Counted from the whole stretch's first letter, positions 23,625 through 36,662 are shown. The stretch: DNA of 55,711 bases, filler included, from Catajapyx aquilonaris (GCA_000934665.2; 3 parts of 3 records of this genome joined end to end with filler, not necessarily neighbours in it); one strand, 5' to 3'. The notes: a model not told the origin generated them from the sequence alone. Program-made: numbers and translations.

Positions 23625-26600
23625 CTGGTAGGGAAATTGAGATAAGACGGCTGCCACTTGTTTTCATCCGGACTAGACCTGTAAAGCCCTATAGTAAGAG
23701 TTGGCATATAAGCTTACATATGCTTTTGCTTGCCAGAATCAGACGTAATGACATTTGATCCAGCGAGGCCAGAGTCACTTCATGTACCGGCAGCCCGGAA
23801 AGTACGTTTTATGGGTGCCGCTTGAAACATAAATTGAGTTGGCCCCCTCCATCCCTACCCTCGCCATCACTCTTGACTCGCCACATCGCGAACGGAAGAG
23901 TGGATTTTTCCAACCAACACATTTCCTAACAGCCTGGAAACCATAATGGAAGTGTCGATCGTGCTTTTTCCCCACCTTTTTTCACCTCTAAATATACGAA
24001 CCCATCGTATGAACCGTTTAATAATTAATTTAAATCCTAGTTCATCATACGAGTAACAATTTCCGTGATTATTCCATAATAGTTCCATGGATATATTTTC
24101 AACCCTAAAAACTACCTCCAGCATGCTTCGGTTGAAAGCTGTCAATATTACCCCCCCCTCTGGTCCCCTCCCAACCCCTATCCCCCATCCCCCACCTCCC
24201 AGAGGCCCTCTAAAAATAAACTTCGGACCCTGATTGTTGCTGTTGGCTACTGGCTAATGAAAATCCGAATCATTATTACTTTTCTTTTACCCCAGAAAAA
24301 GAATGCGGGACATTTTTTTTGGGGGGGGGGGGGGNAACACTATTTTTGACCCCTAATAGACTTCTGGTATTAATAGGCCGGAGGGTTGGATGGATAGTTT
24401 TTCCGGTCGAATTCGGTGAGCTTTTCAACCGCCAATTTGACACCATTTCATGCTTGATATAATTGGTGTCGCGGGTTGTTAATTACTCGACGCGTAATTT
24501 TGCACATTTAAAATTGTGCATTCGATCAGGCTGATGGTAGGTGATGATTGACGTTGCAATTCGTTTAGCCACGCATGGAATAGGCGATGTAGGAAAATTA
24601 CTTGCTGGTTATTGCTCTATGCAATCGTTGTGTAATAAAAATAAAAATAAAAAATAATAAAGGGTGTCTATCAGGATCAATTTTTGATTAAGTCACAATA
24701 ATGATGATAAGATGCCAGTGATGTCATGACATTAGGCAAAGAGTAATATAATGTCCATTCATTTATTTGTAACATGCTGAACGGTTCGCTGATGCAGATA
24801 CTGTATGTGAAGACCAATATTATTCATTTAATTTTGCATTGTTGCGGGATATAATTGCAAATAAATTTTCGAAGTACGGCTACAACAGGTAATTAGGGGG
24901 CACGCCTTTGTGTTCAGGCAGTTTGTTAATTAGTGTGGGTAAAAGTCCTGCACGCAATAGAGCGTCGCAAATACGACCACGCCCTTTTATACGCAATAAT
25001 AAATGAAAGGGAGTTAGTAACACTACCAAAACAAGTGGGTGTAGATGTCAATACTCGCCTATTCATGATTCCAGTCAATTAAGCGGGGCCGAAAGAATTT
25101 GCAGAGTTAGAAAAAATAGGTCAATAGTGTCGAGTGTGAAATTTAGATAAATGACCTGCACAATACCCTCTGGAACAGGGTTCAAGTGCGGCTGCCCACA
25201 TGGAACGTCCATATAACTTACTTTATTTCTGGTGATGGGAATTTCTTACCGCCTGAAAAATAAGCCCAGTCCTGCAGAGAGTTAGAACCGGCAACTATTT
25301 TTTTTAAACAATCACATTCATTATAGTAATAGGTAAAATATACTGTAAAACAGCGTGGGACGTGTTGAATAAATTGCTGATTGTATCAACTCAAATGAAG
25401 GAAAAATGTCAGATTGCGTGGGTACGTATATAATTTGAGATTTTACTAAATAATTTGCCTTCATATAACCGACCTAAATTGACATGGTGATGAGAGTAAT
25501 AACATTGCAGCGTTTCAGGAAACCTAATTTAACTCATAACTCAACGGTTCAAAATTGTCACGTTATTTACAAAATTTAAAATTTCACACCACTGGACTTA
25601 ATTCAGTTATGTAATTTTTTGTCATGTGATTCATAATGTAGTATAATTTTACTTTGCGTGATAGGCCTAGTTATGGATATTATTTTTCGCGTATAGAATA
25701 ATATACGTATTTACAGTATAATGTCCCAAGAGCACATGAAAGTGAGAGCAATGTTTTTGACTGGCCTTTGCCCTTATACAGATCTCATGAATACGCTTAT
25801 GTAAGTTTCGGACAATGGTAACCTGGTGCCAAGCAACCACTAGAACTCTACCACAGTGAAGGTTAAAAAACATTCACCTTGTTAGCTAGTGCTGACGGTT
25901 GTCAAGCTACAGCAGCGTGGATAATATTATCTCAAACTTATTTCGACATGCAGTCCTGTACAACGAATCATGGTAATGAGGAACTGATAATGATGTATGC
26001 CATCTCGTAACCATCGCAACGGCCTCATTCGTAAATCACCTTCCGCGAAAACGAATTTTTGTTTACCTTTGGTCGGCGTGTATGAGAAAGGACATTCTTG
26101 ATTTGGGTCAGAACTTTATTTGGCTTTTAAAATATAAACACAATAGTAGATATTTACACAATTCAGTGCCAAGATATGTTGGGATACAGGCAAAGCTTTT
26201 TTTTAAATGTTAATTTTAATACGAGAATTAGGACAGAGACATTCCCGACATTCCAGCCAGTTGTTTTCAGGTCCATTAATTTCTCGGCAGAGAACTTTGC
26301 AGAAGCTAAAATGTCAACTACATGCACACAGAAAAGTGGCCATGTCAACGGACTCTACTGGGGAGTTCACAGAGTCAACGGACTTTCTAGGGGAGTCAGC
26401 TGACACCCACTGGGAGTTTCCCTGACACGAAATATTATCGCGTGAATAAAATTAGCTAGGAAAGTACTCAAATGTTATTGTTCCGACTGAAATGTCCGTA
26501 GTGGTTAGCAATTTTTGGCACTAAGCGACTTATTTTTAGATGTTACTTTTGATTAGTTGCATTCAGTGGTTATCAAAAGCATTAGCTGATAATACTATTA

Positions 26601-28185
26601 TGACTTGAATCATCTCTCTATGCTTTGAATTGTAATTAATTTTCGAATCGATCAATGGAACAATTGGCAAGCTTTAAAAAGGATAGTTCCACACAACTTA
26701 ATATCAGGTAATACATTTGAAAACCACTGAAGTTTTTAGTACCAAAAACTCTAACCAGTGTGGTCATTTCAGTTGGAACACCCTTTGTAGTTATTATTAT
26801 TAATAATGACATCCCGCAGCAGTAGTGTACAGTATTCCAGCAAAGTTCGCAGAAATGAAAAGAGTTCCTCAGAAAAAGGTATGGCTTTCGCAGTTACGCG
26901 AAATTTGGTGCATTTATAACTTCTCAAATATTGACCCATCGTTAACATCTGTCGTTACGCAATTTTATTCCCAGAATTTGCCTTGTAGCTATTAATAGTG
27001 TCATCATATTGAAGAATGAGTCATATCTATATCCGTTGAGGCACTATGCGTATATAAGTTTTAAGCTATTGATTCAAGCCTAATGCTTCCTTTATAAGAG
27101 TGTTGTTTACAGTTAAAATGATTAATAATTTTAAAAAAGAAGGGCATTTGTTACGTAAAAGTAACACCAGTCTTTTACTTCACAACGTATTGCTATCATT
27201 GTCAATAGTATTTCACATAATACTGTCCACGATGTTTGTTTGCGCTGGAAGTTATCTCTCTGCCCACTGAGTGCGCCACCTCCCTGCTTAGCCCCCCTCC
27301 CCACACACCTTCCACCACCTTCCCCTAGATGGTGCTCCACACGCTACCAGGTGGCGCTGCTCGCTACCTTACCTCACGCACGGAAGGTGCACCAACCATA
27401 AGCCCTGTTTATGCACCGTAGGTCCATTAACAGGCTTGTATACCGATAAATTAAGTGAAATAATATTGGAAAAAAATAATGGGCGTAACACTCTGGATGA
27501 CTAACATGTCTGGTTTTGCCAGTCAGGTGTACATGATTATGTAGCTTGCAGAGGAATCTGACATGCTATTACCTGGCCCAACTAACAATTTTTCGGCCCT
27601 ATTGCCCCAAGGAAAATTTTCAACACCGATCAGTACAAGCTACACAAAACATTCGACCCATCGAATCCTGCCCAAGTCAGCTGCAATCTTCCAGAAAGGA
27701 AAGAACATCCAACAAGAATCACGTTACCTCGTAGAGTAACTTATCCTAAGAAAAGTAGCACTTCTCGATCGAAACGTTTCATACTAATTATATTCACTGA
27801 AACCTGAGATTTTTTTTCTCTCTCTCTCTCCCTCCCCCCCCCCCCTCTATTTTTTGGCGGATCTAAATCTATTGAGTGCCTGTCCGCAGGCGAGTTGAAA
27901 AATGGCAGGAAAATGCTATTGGCGGGAAAAGGGGATCCTAGGACGCGGTGCATCATTCCCCAAATCTCTTTCCCGGCCTGTCTCCATGAGTGAAGAATTC
28001 GCCATCTTCTTTTCTGTTCCCACACCCACTCATCCCCCTACCTTCCCATCAACTGCCTTTCCAATGATCGCTCCTCCACCACTACCCTGTCTGCCTTGAA
28101 AACACTCCCACGAGTGAAGTCATTACAGGTCGCAGGTTTACATGGCTCTACCCCGCCTCTCCCCACACCATCCTCCCTCCCCGTT

Positions 28186-28188
<3 letters not shown>

Positions 28189-28233
<45 letters not shown>
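28189..28233. repeat. (CT)n / GAGA microsatellite
   Basis: About 22 CT dinucleotides. Confidence 0.95.
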
Positions 28234-28237
<4 letters not shown>

Positions 28238-28601
28238 TTGCCATTTTGCGAGTCGGACGGACGGACGGAGGATGGGCTGGTAAGCAACCCTTTGCAAAAT
28301 ATGGCCGACTCTAAAAGCCTTTACCTTGGCGCCCTCTGGCAGTCGAGTGCGCGATTTGTGACGTAGTAGATCGCGTGTGGTGTTGTTTGTGCGGGTTTTT
28401 CCGCTAGGCTTGAATATGACGTTGTTGATATGCACTGTTCGCGTAATTAGGGATAGATGTGAAGTAAGCCATTTTTGATGTTACGCGCTTGTAACAGCAT
28501 TGTTGATATGAGGTCATCCTGAGAGCTTTCACTGTTATTGTGAATGAACTGTGAGGGGCTTGAATTAAAGAAACATTTTGGGCAATTTGAAAGGCGCAGG
28601 G

Positions 28602-28840
28602 TAGTGGCGGATTTAAGGGGGGGGGCACGGGGGCACGTGCCCCCCCCCCCCAGAGGAAATAAACGGAAAAAAAGAAAAAAACGGGGGGGAACTCGCAGAA
28701 ACCCTCTAGAACAGTGCAAAATTGCACTGTTCTATGGGTTCTTTTCCATTTTGCGGTCGCGCGAGGAACCCAAAAAAATTTCGCCTGCGGCGGGCCCTGC
28801 TCACACCCCCCAACATATACCCATTCTGGATCCGCCCCTG
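28602..28840. mobile_element. hAT-type MITE
   Basis: TIR TAGTGGCGGATTTA / CTGGATCCGCCCCTG; perfect 8-bp TSD gcgcaggg (28594-28601, 28841-28848); internal GGGGGCACGTGCCCCC palindrome. Confidence 0.8.
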
Positions 28841-30153
28841 GCGCAGGGGCAAGGACATTGTTGCAACAATATGTTTTGGATTAACAAAGTTCTCATTACT
28901 GAGCAAGCCACTATAACCACTATGGTGACGGAAGTACAAACTTAAAAGAATCACCATATCGGCACATGTCTTATGACCATTACTTTCACATAAAAAGCTA
29001 AAACACCTAAAGTGGAAGAAATAAAATTATTATCAATATTATGTCGCCTGGATTGTAAGTCATGTTTTCTTTGGCCGGGTTGCACCGGTTTCCGGAAAAT
29101 TTGTCTGGCTAAAGAAGAGCCCAGTTTGTTATTCATTGTTGTCAACAATTCTGTCAACATTGGATAACAATCTATCCTGGCTCTTCGGACAGACCAATTT
29201 TCCGGGAGAAATAAGTCTACAGAAATTATAATGTTTTTTTGCATATTAACAATATCAACAACAAAAATTAGCAAGGATGCAGATAGAGCCAGTAAATCTC
29301 GTGTTATAAGCTGATTGTTTATATTGTTGTCATACAAAACCGCATCTATGACAGGTCTATCGTGTCAATCTAGTACTGTAGCGAGCCCATTTTAAACGGT
29401 ACAATTCAGATATGCTGTAGTACATGTGTCTCAGCCACGAAACATAGCTTCTATAAAATAATTGATCACCTTCGTGATGGTCGGCAGCCAAATTTCCACT
29501 CATTAATAAGTAGCCGTAACTTCTTTTTTTTTTACACCACTCAAAAACGCCTGGCGAGACTGTCAACAGAATGTTTCAATCCATTAGACCAGTCACGCAA
29601 CGTGGTTAATCAGAGTAAAAGCTCATCACTGTTTCTTCAGGGAGCCAATGGGTCGATGGTAGGAAGAAGATTATGAAACCGGGATTTAGACCAGGTTTCA
29701 TACAAAAGCTGCTTACTGATTTGGCAAAGACTGATCGTGACCTATGGAACGATACATGATATTGACTCTATCGGACTTAATTTTAAAAAATAACATTTCA
29801 CTTTTTTAGGGCATTTTCCCTAAGAGGTTCTTGCTATTCCAACCCATTTTATCTACAAAGACGCTCTATCGCCTTTCAAAAGCCGGCTGGAACCATTTTC
29901 TTGAGAGGGCCCAGAATGTGGTATTCTAAAACGTCGTCCACTTGGTTGTTGTGATCCAGAAGGCCATCACAGTGGGGCTGTTTGGGTGGCCACAACCATC
30001 AGGCCTAGTCCCTTGCGACTGACTTTTCTGAAGACGTTCTGTGGCTGAATTGGATATGTCAACACGACCCATTAGTAAAATGACATCAGTAGACTTACAG
30101 TAAAAGAGCGTTTAGCAACAATTGGGAAGTAATTAGGAATTTCAGTGGCTTAT

Positions 30154-30277
30154 CCTTCTGAGACCCGGAGTACAGTATACTGTACCTTTGTTTTTGGTTT
30201 TTTTAACGCGTTTGAGTTAGTCAGAAGGTGCTGGAAAAATCAAAGGTACAGTATACTGTACCAGGGGTCTCAGGAGG
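30154..30277. mobile_element. piggyBac-like MITE with a TTAT target duplication
   Basis: ttat|CCTTCTGAGACCC...GGGTCTCAGGAGG|ttat. The internal palindrome gtacagtatactgtac is present in both arms. A related terminus CCTCCTGAGACC occurs near 36924. Confidence 0.7.
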
Positions 30278-31479
30278 TTATTGTGAGAAGAGCGATATTA
30301 ACGTATATCATTACCTTATCTTACCGCTCCTATCCCTGAGGACGATATAAATCTCGGTAAGACGCGGAGTTCTCATATGACATGCATTTGACGCAACGTA
30401 CCTCGGATGATCACAAAAGGCATGACAACTCCGCGTCTTGACGAGCCTCTTATCGTCCTCAATCATCGTGGCGGGTTGTCCGGATAGGTGGCATTCAGAT
30501 AAGGCGGTGGGTGGGAGCTGCCTTAAGCCCGGAGTAGGTCTATACTACCCTACTATAATGGAATGCGAATTGACAAAAAAATTCACTTTCGTTGAGTTTT
30601 CTGGCGAATTGCAATTGGATTGTGGGGAAGTGATCATGAGACGGTATCAAAAATGTTTCAGAATCATTGATGGAAAGAGTAGAATGTTACCGTACATGTG
30701 GAAAATGTCATGTGCCTTCTCCCATCATGCCGATAGAATTAAATATCTCACTTGTTCGAGATTTTCGATTCACTTTGTGCTCTGTAGTCTATAGGAGCAC
30801 TGTACTGCGAAGTAGCCCCAAATGATGCTACTTGTTGAATATAAAGATGAGGTTGGGAATATCCAAGTATACTGTATGCGCAGTACCAAACTATGGAAAA
30901 TTGTGATCTAAGGACGTTGTTTAAAATGCGCCCTTATTCGCCATTAGTAAACTATAGGAGCAGTCGACTTCTGCATTGTCCTGTTTACAGGCTCCTATCA
31001 GGATGCCAACGTTACTGCGTTGGAGGCTCAGAAAAAATACAAATGAGCAATTAAAGTATAACTTACATTAACTTTAGAAGACTTGGCATAAATTGTATCA
31101 TCGTTTTATTACTCCATCGCACCATATTGAAGGTGATTACTAAAAAATGAATAATGAAAACTACCGTTCAGGACTAGTAGACAGGCACTTTGCTTCCTTA
31201 CGGATGTGATGAAGTGACGAGAAATGTATTGTACCGGACGTCTCATTTAGTAGTAAGTTGATGTCGGCTTAAATGCAATTTTCGCTCATGATGTAGGCGT
31301 CAATTTCCTTATCTTTCCAAAGGTAACGACTTTATAGCTGCCATAGCAGGAAAGCAAAAACAACGTTGACACATCTTCCGAGGTGGGCCGGAGTCATGCA
31401 CTATACTGACTATAGCATTATAAATTGCTTTTATGACGAACTGTAGCTCGGTGGCCAAGAGTGACAATTAATGAGCCGG

Positions 31480-32580
31480 AAGATAGTTTTTCTCATAATA
31501 TATTATGGGATAGCAGTTCCAATGGGTTCTCTCTATATCTCTCTGCTGGCAAGGGCTTTCTCAGGGTTTCACTCTTCAAAACCCCCACAACATATAGCTG
31601 TCACGCCTTCCAAATCCCCCCTCCCCCTTCTTCACCACCATACCATATATGGTATTAGTTGCCTGAGTTCCTTCATTAAACCATATCAAATTTTGTTCAA
31701 TATAGCGTTATGGGCGAAGAATCTTAATCGATTAGGAGAAAGGCGTGTAGAGTTATCCCTTATCACCCCCTCGTGAAGCAAACTCTGTCTTTAATTAAGT
31801 TTACGATAAACTTAGTGTCGCACTATTTAAGTGTCGCTAAGGTGTATATCATCTGTTGCTTCATCTCAGAAGTCGCTTTAGAACTTTGATGTTTTGCACG
31901 AATCTTTGATGAAAGTCGTGTTATATGTGAAGGAATAGTGCCAAGTTTTCACTCTTGCCAGCCACACTTGGCCATAGTCCTATCTCTTTGTCAGCGTGAT
32001 GGAAGATTCTAACTGCAGGGTGAGTCAGAACTCTATAGGTAATAGAGTCGCATGTAGATATCTTGGCCCAAAACAAGCCTAAAAAGTAGGAGTGAGAAAT
32101 ATTGAGGCACCAACCTGTAACAACTTACGGTATATTAGACGACGACGAATGTAACTTATGACTCAGGCTATGCTCGGCTGAAAATACCTGTGGATATGTT
32201 CCAGGTTAAGATACACTGTGGATTGCCGCATATTTAGAAGGGGCACCTAGGCGTTCGCCATCGTCTATGATGATGTCATTACCTGTTGGTGCCTCGACAT
32301 TTCCCACACCCTTGTACCTGGTGTCCAACAAGAATTGTCGCAGCGGCAGCGCACGAACTACAGTCTCTCGTGTCCCTGTGCTCGTAGATTGTAGTTCGTG
32401 CGCTGCCGCTGCGACAATTCTTGTTGGACTGATAGTACTGGGCCAAATAATCCGCTGGCAGCTGGATAAACTAGAGTTTTGACTCATCCTGCTTACTATA
32501 ATATTATACAGTATAACCCTATCCAAAATGCTCGTGAATTTCGATAATTGCCAGAAAAAACTCATGCGGACTATTCCCAC
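31480..32580 (-). pseudogene. Possible heavily decayed divergent ionotropic receptor (IR)-like pseudogene
   Basis: Ordered fragments across shifting frames: FTS-/WIGLYCIIL (M1-like), LLNMRQS, VTFVVV..YTVSCYRLV / SIFLTPTF (M2-like), DLEGVTAICCGG (M3-like). Many stops and frameshifts; interrupted by the 32315 MITE. Confidence 0.25.
32315..32437. mobile_element. mariner-like MITE with a perfect 40-bp inverted repeat
   Basis: Arms 32323-32362 and 32390-32429 (gtccaacaagaattgtcgcagcggcagcgcacgaactaca) are exact reverse complements; TA at both ends. Confidence 0.75.
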
Positions 32581-34230
32581 ATTTAAAAATATTATTCAAA
32601 TCGCTCAATCAGGTGATCTAACCCAGGAGGTTGGAGGTAGATGGATGTGGCTTAAAACCGCTGCACACCACCGTGCCTCTACAAATTGACACGTGTGTGA
32701 CTTGTCAGTGTCGAACAGTACATTTCGTTTACATGATTACACTAGCTTTCAGTGCAGAAAAACCTGACATGTAGCGTACGTACAGTTTAAAAAAATTATT
32801 GCATGGACAAACATAAGCACAGATTGCTAGCTGAGCGACTTTTGCTCACAAGCATGTGTAGTCGAACTAAATAAAAAAGAGTAATTGGGCTAACTTTGCA
32901 AACAAATCTCACGTACAACTCTCGCTTATTCATACTTTTCAAATGAATTTACAGTGAACCGCAATATTCACAGCATGCTCATTAGTCCAGTGTGCAATGT
33001 AGTCGGCTAGACCAGTACTCAGCACTATTTCTCCAGATTTCGGAATAGTTATTGCAGCGTGTGAAATTTCTCACTGCATGGTGCTTTCGGAACATGATCT
33101 ACTAGAAATTAACAAGCGTTGTAATTCATACATGCGAGCTAAAACAATGGGCCTAAATGTCGGGCCGCCAGATGGCAGCTTCCCAAAATCCATGTTTATG
33201 CCAATCTAGATCTGCAATTTTTATCGCAATCCCTGCTGTGAAATACTCATATGTTGGTTATAATCTGCGGGTGAGATTAACAGACTTCCATTCACACAAA
33301 AAGCACCCATAGCACTACCAGATTCGATATCTCTTCTACTATAGATTAAACTGCTGGAATAATTTTTGTTTGAAAAAAATATATACCTTTTTGAAGTTGG
33401 ATCCCTTTTGATCAGTGGTCTGTCACGATGCAGATTGAGCTTTGCTTTGAATAGAATCAAAACTTGAACGTACTCATTACTTAAACAGGCACCAAAAGTT
33501 CTCTGCCGCCACCGCCAGTAGCGCTACCATCGCTCGCCCTCTGCTCACCTCATAACCGAACTTGAGACACTTTGATCGAGTGCAATACAGGTCTCGACCC
33601 TCATTACAATGACTGGGCGAGATTTGATCTCTTCCGCACGAGTGCTAAAAGGCCTGATGCGTGCTAATAAGGACGAGGTAATGGCCAGCCGACGCCAGTG
33701 TGACGATACTTGACGTTCATTCCGCACTTTTATTGCCTTCCCCCCAAAAAATTGCCAACTAATCGCACCTGGATGCACACATTTCCATCAATTTCAGTTC
33801 CAATTACTAACTTTTAACACATTATTAATGGACCAACTGTTGTACTACACAAGTGATGGAGTGGCACATGGAATTTATCTCTGAACCTGGTTATCCAACG
33901 CCCTTGATGTTCAAACCTGCCTCGACAAGTGTATACGCAACTCATTCCAGTTGCCTCTACGCCCCCGAGCTTTAATCCACCGTATCCGTGAACCCTCTTC
34001 ATTCTCACCACGCCAAATTATTGAAACACGTCCATTTCAAGCCCTGCACACCACTGATGTTTTATGCGCTCATACACTACACAATAATTAGGTTCCCTGA
34101 AATGAAGAAAATGAATTGAAAAGGGCCTATGACGCACTACTCCATAAGTGTAAGGGACATAAAACGTGCGTTTAGTACTCTTTGAAATAATTAGTTCATT
34201 AGGTGTGCAAGAATATATGGGTGTGTTTAA

Positions 34231-34691
34231 AGGAAGGGTTCAGTGATTTTGCATGTTGGGCCTCAGAGATCAAGGAAGACTCCCTGATTCCAAAAATGTG
34301 GTCAGTTTTGGAATCTGACGCCGCGTAAACAAATGCCGTTAGGTGAAAGTCCATATCCGCTACTGTATTCGATACGGTAAGCGTACAGCCAGCGCCTCCC
34401 GCGGAAATTCCGGTAACCTGCCACCACCGTGGCCAATGAGATTGGCTTAGTCTCGGAGCCCATTTTTTCATATTTTCACGGGACGCGGGTTCCCTCTAGC
34501 CACAAGAGTGGAAGCTTCCACTCTTGTGGCTAGAGGGAAGCCGTGTTCGGCGCTGATTTTCAAAAAAATCAACTTTGACTTGAAATTTTACGCTTATGGT
34601 GCATTTGCCAACAAAACGGATCGGATATTTCAAATCAGGGAGTCGTGTTTGATTTTTGGAGCTCAACATGCAAAATCACTGAATCCTTCCT
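34231..34691. mobile_element. Kolobok-like non-autonomous DNA transposon (TTAA TSD, AGG terminus)
   Basis: ttaa|AGGAAGGGTTCAGTGATTTTGCATGTTG ... CAACATGCAAAATCACTGAATCCTTCCT|ttaa, with long imperfect TIRs (ctccctgatt / aatcagggag). Confidence 0.7.
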
Positions 34692-34806
34692 TTAAGTTAC
34701 GAAAATAATTATTTATCCCGTAATAGGACTTTCATCTCAAAATTACTTTAAAAACAATAGCTTAATATCAAAAGGTCTCTGCGATTGTTATTTTGGTATA
34801 AATCTT

Positions 34807-35070
34807 TTATTTATTTATTTATTTACCATACCCCGTGCTAGAGCCTTTAGCTCCCTTAGGGGGGTGTATTACCACCATTGGATGGGACCAGGGATAGGGA
34901 AGGATGGAAGCAGCTGTGGCCTATATTTTACGGAAACGACCCCGGAATTGTCCTGGAGGGGACCGTGGAAAACCACAGAAAACCATGGTCAGGGTCGCCG
35001 GCCCCGGGATTCGAACCCAGGACCTCCCGATTAGCAGGCGGGCTCCTTATCCCCTACACCAACCTGTTTC
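34807..35070 (-). mobile_element. tRNA-derived SINE, family B (different head and body, same 3' tail as family A)
   Basis: On the - strand: TGGTGTAGGGG A box, GGGTTCGAATCCC B box, body ggttttctgtggttttcc...taggccacagctgcttcc, tail ...gcacggggta(tgg)(TAAA)n. TSD ggtataaatctt at 34795-34806 and 35071-35082. Confidence 0.85.
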
Positions 35071-35143
35071 GGTATAAATCTTATATTTATCTACTACAGC
35101 GTTATTTATTGTACAGTACAGTATACCCTTGCGTGTATACATA

Positions 35144-35339
35144 CAGGGTGGTCCAAGTTCAAGTGTCGTTTTATAACGGCGATTAATAGCAGTGATTTTG
35201 CGATGATGTAGCAGCGACGCGTAAAATGTCCCACTTCGGCGCAATCGAAGTGGGCAATTTTACACGTCGCTGCTACGTCATCGTTAAGCGCTTCTATTAA
35301 TCGCCGTTATAAAACGACACTTGAACTTGGACCACCCTG
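35144..35339. mobile_element. Tc1/mariner-type foldback MITE, copy 1
   Basis: TA|CAGGGTGGTCCAAGTTCAAGTGTCGTTTTATAACGGCGATTAATAG ... reverse complement ... CCCTG|TA; almost entirely palindromic. Confidence 0.85.
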
Positions 35340-36265
35340 TATATATACTTTGAGTGGGTTTTGAACTTATTGGGATGAGACATTATAATGAACGACCTAA
35401 AATGTCATAATCTTACATGCAAAACCAAAATAACTTATAAGTAAATAATTGTCGATTGGTAAGTTCAAATGCGGCTCTTCTATTTTATTTAAAGTCAGGA
35501 AATGGTATTTAAAGAGCTTTATGTAAATTTTAAATTACACCATTCGAGCATTTAAATACGTAGATTGCAGATTTACTGGAGCTTACATTATGCCACACCG
35601 CTTTAGATACATTTGATGCAGATGATAAAGCCAGTGGCAGATTTGCGGAATGACCGAATCAAATTATTGAAATGTTTATTTATAGACGCATTGTGTGTTG
35701 CTAGGTAACAAGCACGTGCAGACAGAGAGTGTCTAGGGGAATTATGTACATTAATTTAAATTCATTTCAAGTTAGCACTCGTCTGCTACCAAGGATTAAT
35801 AGATGTTATTTTCTCCCGTGCACAATGGGTCAGAACTATTTTCTCTCAACGTAAAATGTTCCTGAATAATAATTTTCAAAATGTATACATAAATAGCTCA
35901 ATCTGAGATAATGATCTTATTTCATTAGAGGTATAAACATGCAATTTCTTTTCTTTGGCGAAAGTGACGGACATCACTTGTTATTATAGCCAGATGTCAA
36001 TAACTCGGTTCGTATAAAGGTAGCGAGTGCTTTATAATGCTCTGTTTGTGGAAAAACTTGCAGCTTGTTATTGACATTTTCTCAGCAATTTTTTTTCAAG
36101 CTTCTATATTAGGATCAATATTTGCTATAAAGGGTCAAATTGAGTATGAATACGAAAGTTGTGGTTTTCTAACCATAATTTATTTTCTGCATACTGTGAC
36201 TATACGTATTAATACTCTGTAACGTAAATGTCATGGTGTAAAAATTGCTCGCATAACTTACTGTA

Positions 36266-36598
36266 TTTTTTTTTATTGTACCCCGTAATGACCCTTACGG
36301 GTTCTATAGGGGGGTGGTACACCATCATTTTTCTTCAATTTTCTAAGTTAACTTTACTGGTGCAAGGAATCAAGGAGATTGGGTAAGGATAGGGATTTTC
36401 GGGAAGGGGACACGGTGCAATGTCTCAAGTTTGGGCCATGTGCAGTCCCCTAGGAGGTTAGGTTGCCAGACACCTCCAAGGTCCAGGTCAGAGACCCTCC
36501 CGACGCAGGTGAAAGGGAACTCCCAGGCGGGGATCGAACCTGGGGCCTTTCACTCAGCAAGCCGAGACGTTACCATCTCGGCCACCACACCTCCCCCA
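36266..36598 (-). mobile_element. tRNA-derived SINE, family A, copy 3
   Basis: Same head and body as copies 1 and 2 (ggggatcgaacctggggcctttcac; ggaggttaggttgccagacac), an A-rich tail, and TSD cataacttact(g/a)ta on both sides. Confidence 0.9.
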
Positions 36599-36662
36599 CA
36601 TAACTTACTATAATGTAAATGTGTGAAAAGACCGTCACGTGCACTGCCGTGATTAAAACATA

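Noticed and set aside
28951..30800. Short ORFs and exon-like stretches at 29-30.8 kb
   Set aside because: No recognisable motifs in the frames I read, and no phase-consistent exon chain.
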